From: Macrostomum hystrix
Taxonomy: Eukaryota > Animalia > Platyhelminthes
Length of the DNA: 64,000 bases
Assembly (NCBI GenBank): GCA_950097015.1
Contig: CATNEN010000013.1
Span: forward strand, 855,895 to 919,894
Direction of reading: 5' to 3'
Below are positions 25,045 through 37,604 of this stretch, piece by piece. A program made the position numbers and the translations under genes. The notes below the pieces were generated by a model. It was not told the DNA's origin. It did not search any database and worked only from the letters and a program-made list of their open reading frames with translations. Position 1 is the first letter of the stretch. Each line of letters starts with the position of its first letter.

Positions 25045-26348
25045 AGATGGGGAGAGATGGGGAGAGATGGGGAGAGATGGAGAGAGATGGGGAGAGATGG
25101 AGAGAGATGGGAAGAGATAGAGAGAGATGGAGAGAGATGGAGAGAGATGGAGAGAGATGGGGAGAGATGGGGAGAGATGGGGAGAGATGGAGAGAGATGG
25201 AGAGAGATGGAGAGAGATGGAGAGAGATGGAGAGAGATGGGGAGAGATGGGGAGAGATGGAGAGAGATGGGGAGAGATGGGAAGAGATAGAGAGAGATGG
25301 AGAGAGATGGAGAGAGATGGAGAGAGATGGAGAGAGATGGGGAGAGATGGGGAGAGATGGGGAGAGATGGAGAGAGATGGAGAGAGATGGAGAGAGATGG
25401 AGAGAGATGGGGAGAGATGGGGAGAGATGGAGAGAGATGGAGAGAGATGGAGAGAGATGGAGAGAGATGGGGAGAGATGGGGAGAGATGGGGAGAGATGG
25501 AGAGAGATGGAGAGAGATGGAGAGAGATGGAGAGAGATGGAGAGAGATGGAGAGAGATGGAGAGAGATGGAGAGATGGGGAGAGATGGAATAAATTGGGG
25601 AGAGATGGGAAGAGATGGGGAGAGATGGGGAGAGATGGGGAGAGATGGGGAGAGATGGAGAGAGATGGGGAGAGATGGGGAGAGATGGAGAGAGATGGAG
25701 AGAGATGGAGAGAGATGGAGAGAGATGGAGAGAGATGGAGAGAGATGGAGAGAGATGGAGAGAGATGGAGAGAGATGGAGAGAGGGAGAGATGGGGAGAG
25801 ATGGAATAAATTGGGGAGAGATGGGAAGAGATGGGGAGAGATGGGGAGAGATGGGGAGAGATGGAGAGAGATGGGGAGAGATGGAGAGAGATGGAGAGAG
25901 ATGGGGAGAGATGGGGAGAGATGGAGAGAGATGGAGAGAGATGGAGAGAGATGGGGAGAGATGGGAGAGATGGGGAGAGATGGGGAGAGATGGGGAGAGA
26001 TGGGGAGAGATGGAGAGAGATGGAGAGAGATGGAGAGAGATGGAGAGAGATGGGGAGAGATGGGGAGAGATGGGGAGAGATGGAGAGAGATGGAGAGAGA
26101 TGGAGAGAGATGGAGAGAGATGGAGAAAGATGGAGAGAGATGGAGAGAGATGGAGAGAGATGGAGAGAGATGGAGAGAGATGGAGAGAGATGGAGAGAGA
26201 TGGAGAGAGATGGAGAGAGATGGAGAAAGATGGAGAGAGATGGAGAGAGATGGAGAGAGATGGAGAGAGATGGAGAGAGATGTAGAAAGATGGAGAGAGA
26301 TGGAGAGAGATGGAGAGAGATGGAGAAAGATGGAGAGAGATGGAGAGA
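25045..26348. repeat. Purine-rich 10-bp repeat (GGAGAGAGAT / GGGGAGAGAT)
   Basis: Direct periodicity; the MERDGERW and LSPSLS ORFs are artefacts of the repeat. Confidence 0.97.
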
Positions 26349-27279
26349 TTTAATAAGATATGGGAAGAGAAGTTAAGAGAAGGGGAGATACGATAGGGCA
26401 TCTTACGTGTATACCATAATACAGTAAAATATTAGCTTTGTTGCTACGAGCTATTAGCATATCGTTGACGAGTTGATGTTAAAAAGAGGAAGTTTAAGTT
26501 AGTGAGTCCACTTAAACGGATCGCAACAGTCAGGTAGGCAACAACTCTAGATCTGTCACTTGAATACTTCTTCTTGTAATAAAAAGTCACGGAAGCCAAT
26601 TCATGGGAATAAAATTTTCAAGGAGCAACAGGAACGATGATCAGCTACTTCATTATTTTAATTTCCCAACCCAACTCCGTTGTTCCAAATGGAATTGAGA
26701 CTGTAGGGGTCAAAATCTACAGCCTGTGAGTTGAGAGATTTTCGAGTGTCGATATTGAGCGCGAACCCTAGGTCTTGTTCTGAGCCTTTAGAAAGTGAAA
26801 CTCTATCGAAACTAGGTTCAGGAAATTGAGCCGCACGAAGTAAGAGTTTGAGAGCGGTGCGGCCTAATGCAAAAATCAAGAGAGCGCTTATAATTCCCTT
26901 AGAGAGTCGCTTTCACCTCATGGCTCCCATAACGGGGCCATGAGGTTTATAAATTGTGATTTTTCTCAAATCCTCTTAGCGACTGTTGCTGTGAGCCATT
27001 CTCCGAAGGGGATTTTTTTATTAAAAAACTGCCGATAAGATGGAAGGATTGATTTAAGTTTTGATAACTGGCGGGGGCCTTCTTAATGTTTGGTTTTATT
27101 GGGGTCTAACGGGGGAAGGTTTTGCACAGATTTAAATCTGTGGGAATTCGAGTGCTAGTAATGCTGCATCTCTTTCAATGGGTTCAGACAGGAACAGATT
27201 TTATTAATTAAATAGAGAATTGGAAGGTAGAAAAGATTGACAACTAGTGGGAAGCAATACTTAAGGGGATTGATAACTT

Positions 27280-28421
27280 GGATCGGGAGGTAGGTAGAGG
27301 GGATCGGGAGGTAGGTAGAGGGGATCGGGAGGTAGGTAGAGGTGGATCAGGAGGTAGTTATAGAGGGGATCAGGAGGTAAGTAGATGGGATCAGGAGGTA
27401 GGTAGAGGTGGATCAGGAGGTAGGTAGAGGGGATCAGGAGGTAGGTTGAGGGGGATCAGGAGGTAGGTAGAGGGGATCACGAGGTAGGTAGAGGGGATCA
27501 GGAGGTTGGTCGAGGTGGATCAGGAGGTAGGTAGAGGTGAATCAGGAGGTAAGTAGATGGGATCAGGAGGTAGGTAGAGGGGATCAGGAGGCTGGTAGAG
27601 GGGATCAGGAGGTTGGTCGAGGTGGATCAGGAGGTAAGTAGATGGGATCAGGAGGTAGGTTGAGGGGGATCAGGAGGTAGGTAGAGGCGGATCACGAGGT
27701 AGGTAGAGGGGATCGGGAGGTAGGTAGAGGGGATCAGGAGGTAGGTTGAGGGGATCAGGAGGTAGGTTGAGGGGATCAGGAGGTAGGTTGAGGGGGATCA
27801 GGAGGTAGTTAGAGGTGGATCAGGAGGTAGTTAGAGGTGGATCAGGAGGTTGGTAGAGGGGATTAGGAGGTAGGTAGAGTGGATCAGGAGGTAGGTAGAG
27901 GGGATTAGGAGGTAGGTAGAGTGGATCAGGAGGTAGGTATAGAGGGGATCACGAGGTAGGTTGAGGGTGATCAGTTGGTAGTATAAAGGGGATCAGGAGG
28001 TAGGTAGAGGGGATCAGGAGGTAGGTAAAGAGGGGATCAGGAGGTAGGTATAGAGGGGATCAGAAGGTAGGTAGAAGGGATCAAGAGGTTGGTAGAGGGG
28101 ATCAGGAGGTTGGTAGAGGGGATCGGGAGGTAGATATAGAGGGGATCAGAAGGTAGGTATAGAGGGGATCAGGAGGTAGGTAGAGGGGATCAGGAGGTAG
28201 GTAGAGGGGATCAGGAGGTAGGTATAGAGGGGATCAGGAGGTAGGTATAGAGGGGATCACGAGGTAGGTAGAGGGGATCAGGAGGTAGGTAGAGGGGATC
28301 AGGAGGTAGGTAGAGGGGATCGGGAGGTAGGTAGAGGGGATCAGGAGGTAGGTATAGAGGGGATCACGAGGTAGGTAGAGGGATCAGGGGGTAGTTAGAG
28401 GGTATCAGGCGGTAGGTAGAG
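27280..28421. repeat. G-rich ~21-bp minisatellite (GGGGATCAGGAGGTAGGTAGA)
   Basis: Direct periodicity with small indels. Confidence 0.95.
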
Positions 28422-29120
28422 GTTTTCAATTAACACTTGAAAATAGCTATACTTTGGCGCGAGACCCAACGTGCTTCAACTTCTCAACCTCTTCAGCAAT
28501 TCGAATGATTTGAATTAATTTTAGATAGTCAAACAACAATTCACTGTATGCTCAAACAGTCTAGCTGCAGTGTGACAGCTGTGTCAATATCTATACAGTA
28601 GAGGCTAGTCTAGTTCCGCTAGTTTTCACCAATCCATCAGCTCGGCTTTCCGAACAGATGATTGGAATTATCTTCTTCAAGGAAGAGTCGATCAAAGCGC
28701 CAGTTTTTAATCAATAACGATTTTGAAGGCTTGCGCAAAAGGCGACTTGCAGAGGCAGTGGAGGATGACGCAATAGCTTATCGATTTCTATACAGTTCCA
28801 GACGCTGCAACAATTGCTGTTTATATTGTGTTGGTCTGTGCTTGAGCCAATAATTAAATTAAGCTTCATCTTTCTTCTTATACATAGTTTCTCATATTTT
28901 ATCGATTGATTATTGCATTGGGTGCAGTGTTGCACAACAGTCAGATTGGCAGTGTTACATATGCCATAGACTCTTTGCAGGTAGCTATATAGTATATGAG
29001 GGTATCAATTTGTTGTCATCGATTAGATTGATTGATAAAATAATGCAATCAGTAATTGAATGGAGATCGATTAAATTTCTTCTCAGTTTCGCAGTATTTT
29101 CTGCTATAGAATTCTAAATT

Positions 29121-29290
29121 TGAGAGGTTTATACTGAGCAGTGCTATAGTTGTCCTTGTCACCAGGGACTCGGACAACTTTGAAAGTTATTGATTTTGGG
29201 GAATTTTGGGGAATTTCACAAGAATCGGTCATTCGGTTTGGGGACTGTCGTGAAGTAGGCAGTGGGTGGGTATTTGAAAGGGGCGAGTGG
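29121..29290. mobile_element. Second copy of the 17235-17480 interspersed repeat
   Basis: Shared GAGGTTTATAC(A/T)GAGCA..AGTTGTCCTTGTCACCAGGG and GGGAC..TCGTGAA(A/G)TAGGCAGTG...ATTTGAA. Confidence 0.5.
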
Positions 29291-29885
29291 GTCAGCGGCT
29301 AGCGTCGCTGCCTCGCACTCCAATGGACGCTAGTTCGATTCTCCCTTTAAGTCACGATTAATTTCGGGACCTGTTGGAGGGTTTGGACAGTAGCGACCGG
29401 CGGAGGTGCACCATATTTCGTGCAATCAAAGCTTGAAATAATAGCTTCGCTCCTACCTTCTGTGTGCCTGTTCTGCGTTGTGTGAGTTGTGTGCGTTGGC
29501 GCTGGGGCGTGAGGCCTTGCAGTGGGGGTGGCTGGGGGGCGGGTGTACACCGCCGCGCGCTTTCTGGATTTCCGTCAGCACGATTGGATAAGTGTACACT
29601 CATCACCCGGCCCCCCTGAGGACTGATCTCTTATCAGCCTTCCGCCCCGGCTTGGTCTGCTCTGTGCGTCTGGGGCTGGGGTGGGGGGCACTGCTGCCTA
29701 TTCTGGGTGCCTCCTGCCCTCCCCGGCTGGTCTGTGCTGCTGTGTGTGGTGCCTGCTCAGGGGAGGCGGCGCAATGGGCGCTAAGCGCCTAGTTCGCCGG
29801 TCTGGGGGCGTGCCGCTCCGTCGCTTGTGCTACAAGTGCCCCGGGCTCCCCTGCAAATAGAAATAGAGTGGGTATTTGAACTACC

Positions 29886-29992
29886 CCGTGGTCTTACCCC
29901 AGGGAGGGGGGATAGCGTGGTCTGTGGTCTTACCCCAGGGAGGGGGGATAGCGTGGTCTGTGGTCTTACCCCAGGGAGGGGGATAGCGTGGT
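29886..29992. repeat. 36-bp repeat x3 (GTGGTCTTACCCCAGGGAGGGGGGATAGCGTGGTCT)
   Basis: Three direct copies. Confidence 0.9.
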
Positions 29993-30680
29993 CTTTCTTA
30001 AAAGTCACTGCAGTTCCTGCACATGTGCCGATGACAATAAAACAACTAAAGCACAGTTGGCTTAACAATAACAAACAATAATAATAATAAACACATGCTA
30101 ACCAGATCCTCAATACCGGACAATGAGACTTCATTTTCCTCATCCAGCTTCTCCTAGACTAAATCGCTGGGATAATAATCTGATGAAATACGAGTATATG
30201 GCACAGATCATTTTTGAGCCATATGGCAACTCATAAATGCAGGGATGGAAGATGGAACCGAAAAATTGATGCTACAAGCCCCAGTTGCTAGACAGAAAAT
30301 CATAATTTATCCCATTACGGGAACAATGGGAGATTTACCAACTCGCCCCACAAAAACAGTACCAACCGAGGAAGCAGCAGACCAATGGCCCTGTCCTCCC
30401 TTTCCATCACTTTTTTCTGAAGAGAGGAAACTATTTAGAAGGTGAGAAATCTCAGGTAGACCAAGCAGCGGGACGTGGCACGACAGCAGACTCCTCGACA
30501 ACAGAGGGGACTATGGGATTTCCTGGGGACTATGGGAATACTGGAAAATCACTGCACGCGAGAGCTATAGAAGAGATTTTGGAGGCCATCTGCCACAGAA
30601 AAAAAACTGGGGAGATTTACAAAACAAACGGCATGCGACACACACGAGCCAAGCAAGAATCGTTTAGATTGGTCGCCTCT

Positions 30681-30821
30681 GCCAGCCAATGGGAGGCGGC
30701 CGGGACCCGCGAGAGCCGCCAGGGGGAGGGGGCGAGGCCCGGCTAGATAAGGAGGCGCCACGTGGCTGGCGGCAGGTCGGCAGGGATCACAAGTTTGAGA
30801 ACGCAAGCCGAACACGTGACC
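30681..30821 (+). promoter_or_regulatory. Putative proximal promoter/5' UTR of ASCL copy 1
   Basis: CCAAT box (AGCCAATGG), GC-box-like GGGGAGGGGGCG, GATAAG, palindromic GCCACGTGGC and a second CACGTG E-box 9 nt before the ATG; retained in copy 2. Confidence 0.5.
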
Positions 30822-31397
30822 ATGTCATCATCAACAGTGTCAGCAGTGTCAACAGCGGCTTCGGCCTCGGCCTCTGCGGCAGCGGCGGACAGGCAGCACC
30901 TGCCGGTGCCAGCCTTCCTGCGACTGCAGCAGCTCCGGGCAGGCGACACCGCTGCGGCGGGCGCGCCGAGGCAGCCGCTGGGCGAGCGCAGCAGCAACCT
31001 CCCGCCGGCGCGGCCTCAGCAGCTGAAGCAACAGCAACAGCAGCACCAGCAGCAGCAACAGCAGCAGCAGCAGCCTGGCTCGGAGGCCGTCAAGTCGGCA
31101 GTCGCCCGACCTGCGGCGGCCGCCTCGTCGATGCAGCGCCGAAATCAGCGCGAGCGGAACCGCGTCAAGCTGCTCAACCTGGGCTTCGAGCGGCTCCGTC
31201 AGCTGGTGCCGAGCGATGACGGCCAGCGGCTGAGCAAGATCGCCACCCTGAGGGCCGCCATCGCCTACATCCGCAGCCTGCAGGAGCTGCTGGATCAGGA
31301 CGACTGCGGCGGCGACTCCGGCAACTCTGGCGACTCCTGGATGCTGCCGTGCGAGTCGACGACCGGCGACCCCGCAGCCGGCGATGTCGGCCAGTAG
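30822..31397 (+). CDS. ASCL: Achaete-scute family bHLH transcription factor, copy 1 (intronless, 191 aa)
   Basis: b[28 protein letters not shown]...[22 protein letters not shown] is diagnostic of achaete-scute; poly-A and poly-Q tracts; ATG in GACCATGT context. Confidence 0.93.
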   Translation: MSSSTVSAVSTAASASASAAAADRQHLPVPAFLRLQQLRAGDTAAAGAPRQPLGERSSNLPPARPQQLKQQQQQHQQQQQQQQQPGSEAVKSAVARPAAAASSMQRRNQRERNRVKLLNLGFERLRQLVPSDDGQRLSKIATLRAAIAYIRSLQELLDQDDCGGDSGNSGDSWMLPCESTTGDPAAGDVGQ

Positions 31398-32205
31398 CCG
31401 CAGCCGCCAAGGAGCTCCTGGGCGATGTCCCGTCAGCACTCTCAGCTGCTCTTCTCTCTGCTCAAAATCTTCTTCGTGGCGCCTTTGGCGGCCCTTCAAA
31501 TCGCTTGGGTTCAGACCGACTTTTTCTGTTGCTGCTTTTTTCTCACCTGCGGCTTTTGCTGCGTGCTTTCAGATTTCATGTTAGGCATTTCCACTGCGGG
31601 TTCTGGGATTTCCTGTTTTTAGGATTTTTCCTGTTTTTCTTTAGGATTTTTCTGTGCTCAGATGACACTCTCTTTTTAGGATTTTTCCTGCTTTTTAGGA
31701 TATTTCTGTGCTCAGAAGACTTTGCTTTTTAAGGATTTTTTTGTTTTTCAGAAATTTTCTACTTTCTTAGATTTCTCCAATAGATTTTTATAGGTTTTTA
31801 TTTTGTATTCCGGTACGCTCGAAGATTAGAATTTTTTCAATTCAAGATTGCATCTTATTTTGTCTCGCTTTCGCTATCCTATGCATATCTGCTTAAACTG
31901 TTTGTTACAATTTATTTTTTCTCTGATCAGATATTTTCTTTAGTTTTCGTTAGCTGTCTAATATTGCTTATTTTCTGCGAATGTTGTGCACTAGCCAATA
32001 TGCAACTATCGATGTTATGCACTTAGTGTAATTGCTATTGTTTGTACTTTATAATATGAAATTTTATCAACTCAGCCTTACTCAATACACTTTTATTAAG
32101 TCTCGCTTCTGTATAATTTCAGTTTGTACAGAAAAAATACAAAACCTCGAAGTTAAAAATACAAAATTTTGCACGAAAGCAATAAAAAATATATATTTGA
32201 CTGGT

Positions 32206-33838
32206 GTATCTCTCTCAGTCACTCTATATCTCTCTCAGTCACTCTATATCTCTCTCAGTCACTCTATATCTCTCTCAGTCACTCTATATCTCTCTCAGTC
32301 ACTCTATATCTCTCTCAGTCACTCTATATCTCTCTCAGTCACTCTATATCTCTCTCAGTCACTCTATATCTCTCTCAGTCACTCTATATCTCTCTCAGTC
32401 ACTCTATATCTCTCTCAGTCACTCTATATCTCTCTCAGTCACTCTATATCTCTCTCAGTCACTCTATATCTCTCTCAGTCACTCTATATCTCTCTCAGTC
32501 ACTCTATATCTCTCTCAGTCACTCTATATCTCTCTCAGTCACTCTATATCTCTCTCAGTCACTCTATATCTCTCTCAGTCACTCTATATCTCTCTCAGTC
32601 ACTCTATATCTCTCTCAGTCACTCTATATCTCTCTCAGTCACTCTATATCTCTCTCAGTCACTCTATATCTCTCTCAGTCACTCTATATCTCTCTCAGTC
32701 ACTCTATATCTCTCTCAGTCACTCTATATCTCTCTCAGTCACTCTATATCTCTCTCAGTCACTCTATATCTCTCTCAGTCACTCTATATCTCTCTCAGTC
32801 ACTCTATATCTCTCTCAGTCACTCTATATCTCTCTCAGTCACTCTATATCTCTCTCACTCACTCTGTACCTCTCTCACTCACTCTGTACCTCTCTCACTC
32901 ACTCTATATCTCTCTCAGTCACTCTATATCTCTCTCAGTCACTCTATATCTCTCTCAGTCACTCTATATCTCTCTCAGTCACTCTATATCTCTCTCAACC
33001 ACTCTATATCTCTCTCACTCACTCTGTACCTCTCCCAGTCACTCTTTACCTCTCTCACTCACTCTGTACCTCTCTCACTCACTCTGTACCTCTCTCACTC
33101 ACTCTGTACCTCTCTCACTCACTCTATACCTCTCTCACTCACTCTGTACCTCTCTCACTCACTCTGTACCTCTCTCACTCACTCTGTACCTCTCTCACTC
33201 ACTCTGTACCTCTCTCACTCACTCTGTACCTCTCTCACTCACTCTGTACCTCTCTCACTCACTCTGTACCTCTCTCACTCACTCTGTACCTCTCTCACTC
33301 ACTCTGTACCTCTCTCACTCACTCTGTACCTCTCTCACTCACTCTGTACCTCTCTCACTCACTCTGTACCTCTCTCACTCACTCTGTACCTCTCTCACTC
33401 ACTCTGTACCTCTCTCACTCACTCTGTACCTCTCTCACTCACTCTATATCTCTCTCACTCACTCTGTACCTCTCTCACTCACTCTGTACCTCTCTCACTC
33501 ACTCTGTACCTCTCTCACTCACTCTGTACCTCTCTCACTCACTCTGTACCTCTCTCACTCACTCTGTACCTCTCTCACTCACTCTGTACCTCTCTCACTC
33601 ACTCTATATCTCTCGCAGTCACTCTATATCTCTCGCAGTCACTCTATATCTCTCTCAGTCACTCTGTACCTCTCTCACTCACTCTGTACCTCTCTCACTC
33701 ACTCTCTACCTCTCTCAGTCACTCTATATCTCTCTCAGTCACTCTATATCTCTCTCAGTCAGTCTATATCTCTCGCAGTCACTCTATATCTCTCTCAGTC
33801 ACTCTATATCTCTCTCAGTCACTCTGTATCTCTCTCAG
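32206..33838. repeat. 20-bp minisatellite (TCTCTCAGTCACTCTATATC / TCTCTCACTCACTCTGTACC)
   Basis: Direct periodicity of 20 with two variant domains. Confidence 0.97.
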
Positions 33839-34426
33839 GCACTCAGCATACCTCGTTATATCTCACTCCCACTGCATGCCATATCAGGCTTAAAAAGCTT
33901 TAAAAGCCAATTAAGAGTTGAAGGAATAAATTTGAAACTATGGTATTAGAAGGAATTATAGCGCCTCCATCAAACTGCTCAATGTCGTGTACGAGCGTAT
34001 AATCGATCAAATCTGTAGTTGATCTCTACAATTTCTAACACATGCCCAGCTATTAACAGTTGCGCAATCAACCTGTCCTCGCGCCGAACCCCCTAGGGGC
34101 TTGTGTGTGTGGTCGGCGAGAATTTCACAAAATTTTTTATTTGCTCACCGAAGCTTGAAAACTTAGCTCACAAATTGACAATAAATTTCATATTTTAGCC
34201 CGAAGCGGTCTGTCTGAAAATATCGGATAACACAGCTCGTGTCTATGTCCTAAGTATAAAGCAGTCATTAATTTCTAATTAGTGTACTTCGCAGCATCCA
34301 GCAGGAAGATGACTGATTGGGAATTTTACAGCAGCAAGAATGCTTTTAGGAAAAAAACTATGTTTGCAGAGATTTAACTGACAACAACAGCTGCTTTTTC
34401 TTAGAAAAATATTCCTAGATTGTAAT

Positions 34427-34737
34427 GGGGGTGAGTGGCAGAGCGGGCTAACGCGTTTGCCTCTCGCACCAAGGTCCCTAAGCTCGATTCTGTGGCGAGG
34501 GCCGCATTAATTTGGGGCGCAGCAGCGGAGAGAAGGCTTGGGGGCTTGTGGTGCAATTTACACCACTGAGGGTCAACCTCCAAGGCACAGTGAGAGTGTA
34601 CACAGCATGAAGATGAGAAAGTCAGGGCGGATGTACACACCTGTGTGCATGTGTGCTCAGGAGTCAGGTCTACTGTCACCAAATGATGTGCCATTTCCCA
34701 CAGCCCTCCTGCAATTATTAATTATTATTTTTTTTTT
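34427..34737 (+). mobile_element. Intact tRNA-derived SINE (family 1)
   Basis: A box TGGCAGAGCGG, B-box-like GCTCGATTC, body shared with the split copy at 2632-4110, ATT/T-rich tail. Confidence 0.8.
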
Positions 34738-35029
34738 CCCATTGCATGATATATTGGGAGATAGACGGATGTCTTATACATGGATGGTGTTATTTGTAGA
34801 CCTCCTGATAGTTTTTCAAATGCGATTGGCCAATCATAAATGTTGATACTATGCGAGCATACGGAGTGACTTTAAGTCAAGCACACAGCGGCGCGTGTCA
34901 ACAAATCAGTTGTGGTTTAGTTGCCACGTGCCATCAAGTGGGTGTGGCATCTGTAGGCGGCGTGCAGTTCACTGCTTAGTCTGGGCTACTTTTCAATGAG
35001 GCTAAGCTGAGACAATTTAGCTGAGACGT

Positions 35030-35600
35030 GTGTGAGAGAAGGGGAGAAAGTAAGAGAGAGGGTGAGAGTGAGAGAGGGGGTGAGAGTGAGAGAGGGGGTG
35101 AGAGTGAGAGAGAGGGTGAGAGTGAGAGAGAGGGTGAGAGTGAGAGAGGGGGTGAGAGTGAGAGAGAGGGTGAGAGTGAGAGAGAGGGTGAGAGTGAGAG
35201 AGAGGGTGAGAGTGAGAGAGAGGGTGAGAGTGAGAGAAAGAGGGTGAGAGTGAGAGAGAAGGTAAGAGTGAGAGAGAGGGTGAGAGTGATAGAAAGAGGG
35301 TGAGAGTGAGAGAGAGAAGGTGAGAGTGAGAGAGAGGGTGAGAGTGAGAGAGGGGGTGAGAGTGAGAGAGAGGGTGAGAGTGAGAGAGAGGGTGAGAGTG
35401 AGAGAGAGGGTGAGAGTGAGAGAAAGAGGGTGAGAGTGAGAGAGAAGGTAAGAGTGAGAGAGAGGGTGAGAGTGATAGAAAGAGGGTGAGAGTGAGAGAG
35501 AGAAGGTAAGAGTGAGAGAGAGGGTGAGAGTGATAGAAAGAGGGTGAGAGTGAGAGAGAGATGGTGAGAGTGACAGAGAGATAGAGTGAAAGAGACAGGG
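35030..35600. repeat. GA-rich 18-bp repeat (GAGAGTGAGAGAGAGGGT)
   Basis: Direct periodicity. Confidence 0.93.
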
Positions 35601-37604
35601 TGAGGCATTGTCAAGAGAATGCGGCTAAACGCGGCGTGGAATATTTGTCGCTATGGTTAGTCCCAAAACGGCAACAGGTCCGATATGTCGTGAAAAAAAA
35701 AATTTGAAACACAGGCGGCAAAGCAGCCAAAAATGAAAGAGTCATCGGAAGATTTTTTTGTTAATTATCAAAGGATCAACAAAGAGAGACAAACAATGAA
35801 CTTATGAATGAATTGAATGAGCGCGTTAGCTGTTCAGTTCTCAAGCATGCCAATTATGCCCACTCGATGCAGTCAGTAGTTGGCAGTGCCTGGCGCACTT
35901 GGGATTATAGTTGCAGATCTGCACTAACAAAAGCGATAGAATTTGATTATTATCATTATTATTGGGCTACTTGGGGAGAAAAAGAACAACGGACTGGAAC
36001 GAACAAAAAGACGAACCACCGCTTTTTGCCGAAGCCGCCCCAGGGGCAAAAATTATTATAGTTACCTCTCATTTATGACAACTTTTTTCCCCAAATCCCA
36101 AATTCCCTTAGCTTGGAAGGGCTTGGGGGTGGCTGGGGGGCAGGGCCTTCACAGCATGGGATCAAGGAGTGCATTGGGAAAATGTCACCGGGAACTTACA
36201 GTTTATAACTGTAGGTGTGGGATAAGTGGCGCTGATGACCCCCCGTTGGTCTACTATGCAGATAAGAGCAAAAAAACCTGAGCAGGCAGGTAACAAAGGG
36301 ATAAAAACACGGGAAGTAGCAGGCTTAGTGCCCTACTGCATTTGCAATTTCCCAATGCGAAATCCCGCTGTGAGCCTCGGCCTCAGCCTAGTGATGAGAG
36401 CTGCAGATAGACTGTCCTCTCTATAGTCTGATTTCTCTATAATTTTCCAGACGCTCCGATTATGATCTTCCGGCTGCTGAGCTATTGTCTAGACAGACTG
36501 ACAATATATCGAGAAAATACAATTAAAGTGCAGGTGGAAACAGAACACGAGATTATGCGAATGAGAGAAGAGAGACTGGGAGAGAGAATAATGAGCACGG
36601 AATATCTGACGAAAGAAGCAATAAGAAGAACAAGAAGACACAGTAATCCAAGACAGAACTCTAGAACTATTCAAAAGCAGACGACAAGACCGCTCAATCA
36701 ATCTAAAGGCCTATATCCACACCGATAATACAGATCAGTGAAGTAGTGTGGAACGCAGCGTGAGAAAAGTCGGTCGCGGCCAGACCCGGCAAATATTTAC
36801 TGGGGTTCCCGCACAAACACGAGCAATTGGAAATGGTTAAAAGGAAGGGGAGAATTTAAAATTGGGTCGTGCTCAGTGAGACGGCCCTGTTGATGACGAG
36901 TGAGAATTTTGTGCTCAGTCTCAGACTCTCAGACTGTCATGGACAGAAAGAAAAGACAAACAACACTTTGAGAAAGTTTTTATTGATCCACACACTTGGG
37001 TAGACTCAATGGGATAACAGTCGATGGTCCAAGAAAAGGGTAAGTGGAAGTAAGTTAAGGGAAAATTATTCTGCTTTTGAGGGAGTTTCAGTTGTGACAG
37101 ATGTTTGCCAAAGCTTAAGGATCTTGTTTGCATCTCCCCTAATAGAAATAGGTGAGTCCTTTGAGTCTGCGATTGCTGTGAACCTTGGGGGATATCAGAG
37201 GGAAAATGGAACCTTTTGCTCAGCTGTTTTCATCATTAACGCTAAATCCCATAAGGTCGAGTCGGGGTCTTCCAGAGGCCATTTAGGGGGGATCGTAAAA
37301 TCATAATTTTATTATTTAGCTCGCGATGCTAACACACGGATTGAACACAATGATAGGTGCAATAACTTTTTTACCTGGAAGTGGTCCTAAAAATAGAAAT
37401 AAATGGCTAATTTAGGACTCAAATTTATTGAGACAGGAATGAGAAGGCCAAGAAGAATATTGTTCGCTTTAAAAAATAGCCGACAATTTTACGACCGAAA
37501 GAGCATAAACGCTATGCATGCTCACTGTGAATCATGTCAGAAAAGGGAGATTCTCAACTCAGCCTTTTAACTAAAATGATCCCCAAAAAACTTTCATAAT
37601 CCCA

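Noticed and set aside
24994-26401. MERDGERW / LSPSLS ORFs
   Set aside because: Purine-rich 10-mer repeat artefacts.
26640-27250. Decayed LINE fragments (also 36040-37320)
   Set aside because: Short interrupted frames with no RT or endonuclease motif I can recognise.
30549-31732. Alternative-frame and antisense ORFs over ASCL (also 58570-59666)
   Set aside because: Shadow ORFs of GC-rich coding sequence; only the bHLH frame has a recognisable domain.
32032-33949. 570-620 aa Ser/Leu/His ORFs
   Set aside because: 20-mer repeat, open in all three frames.
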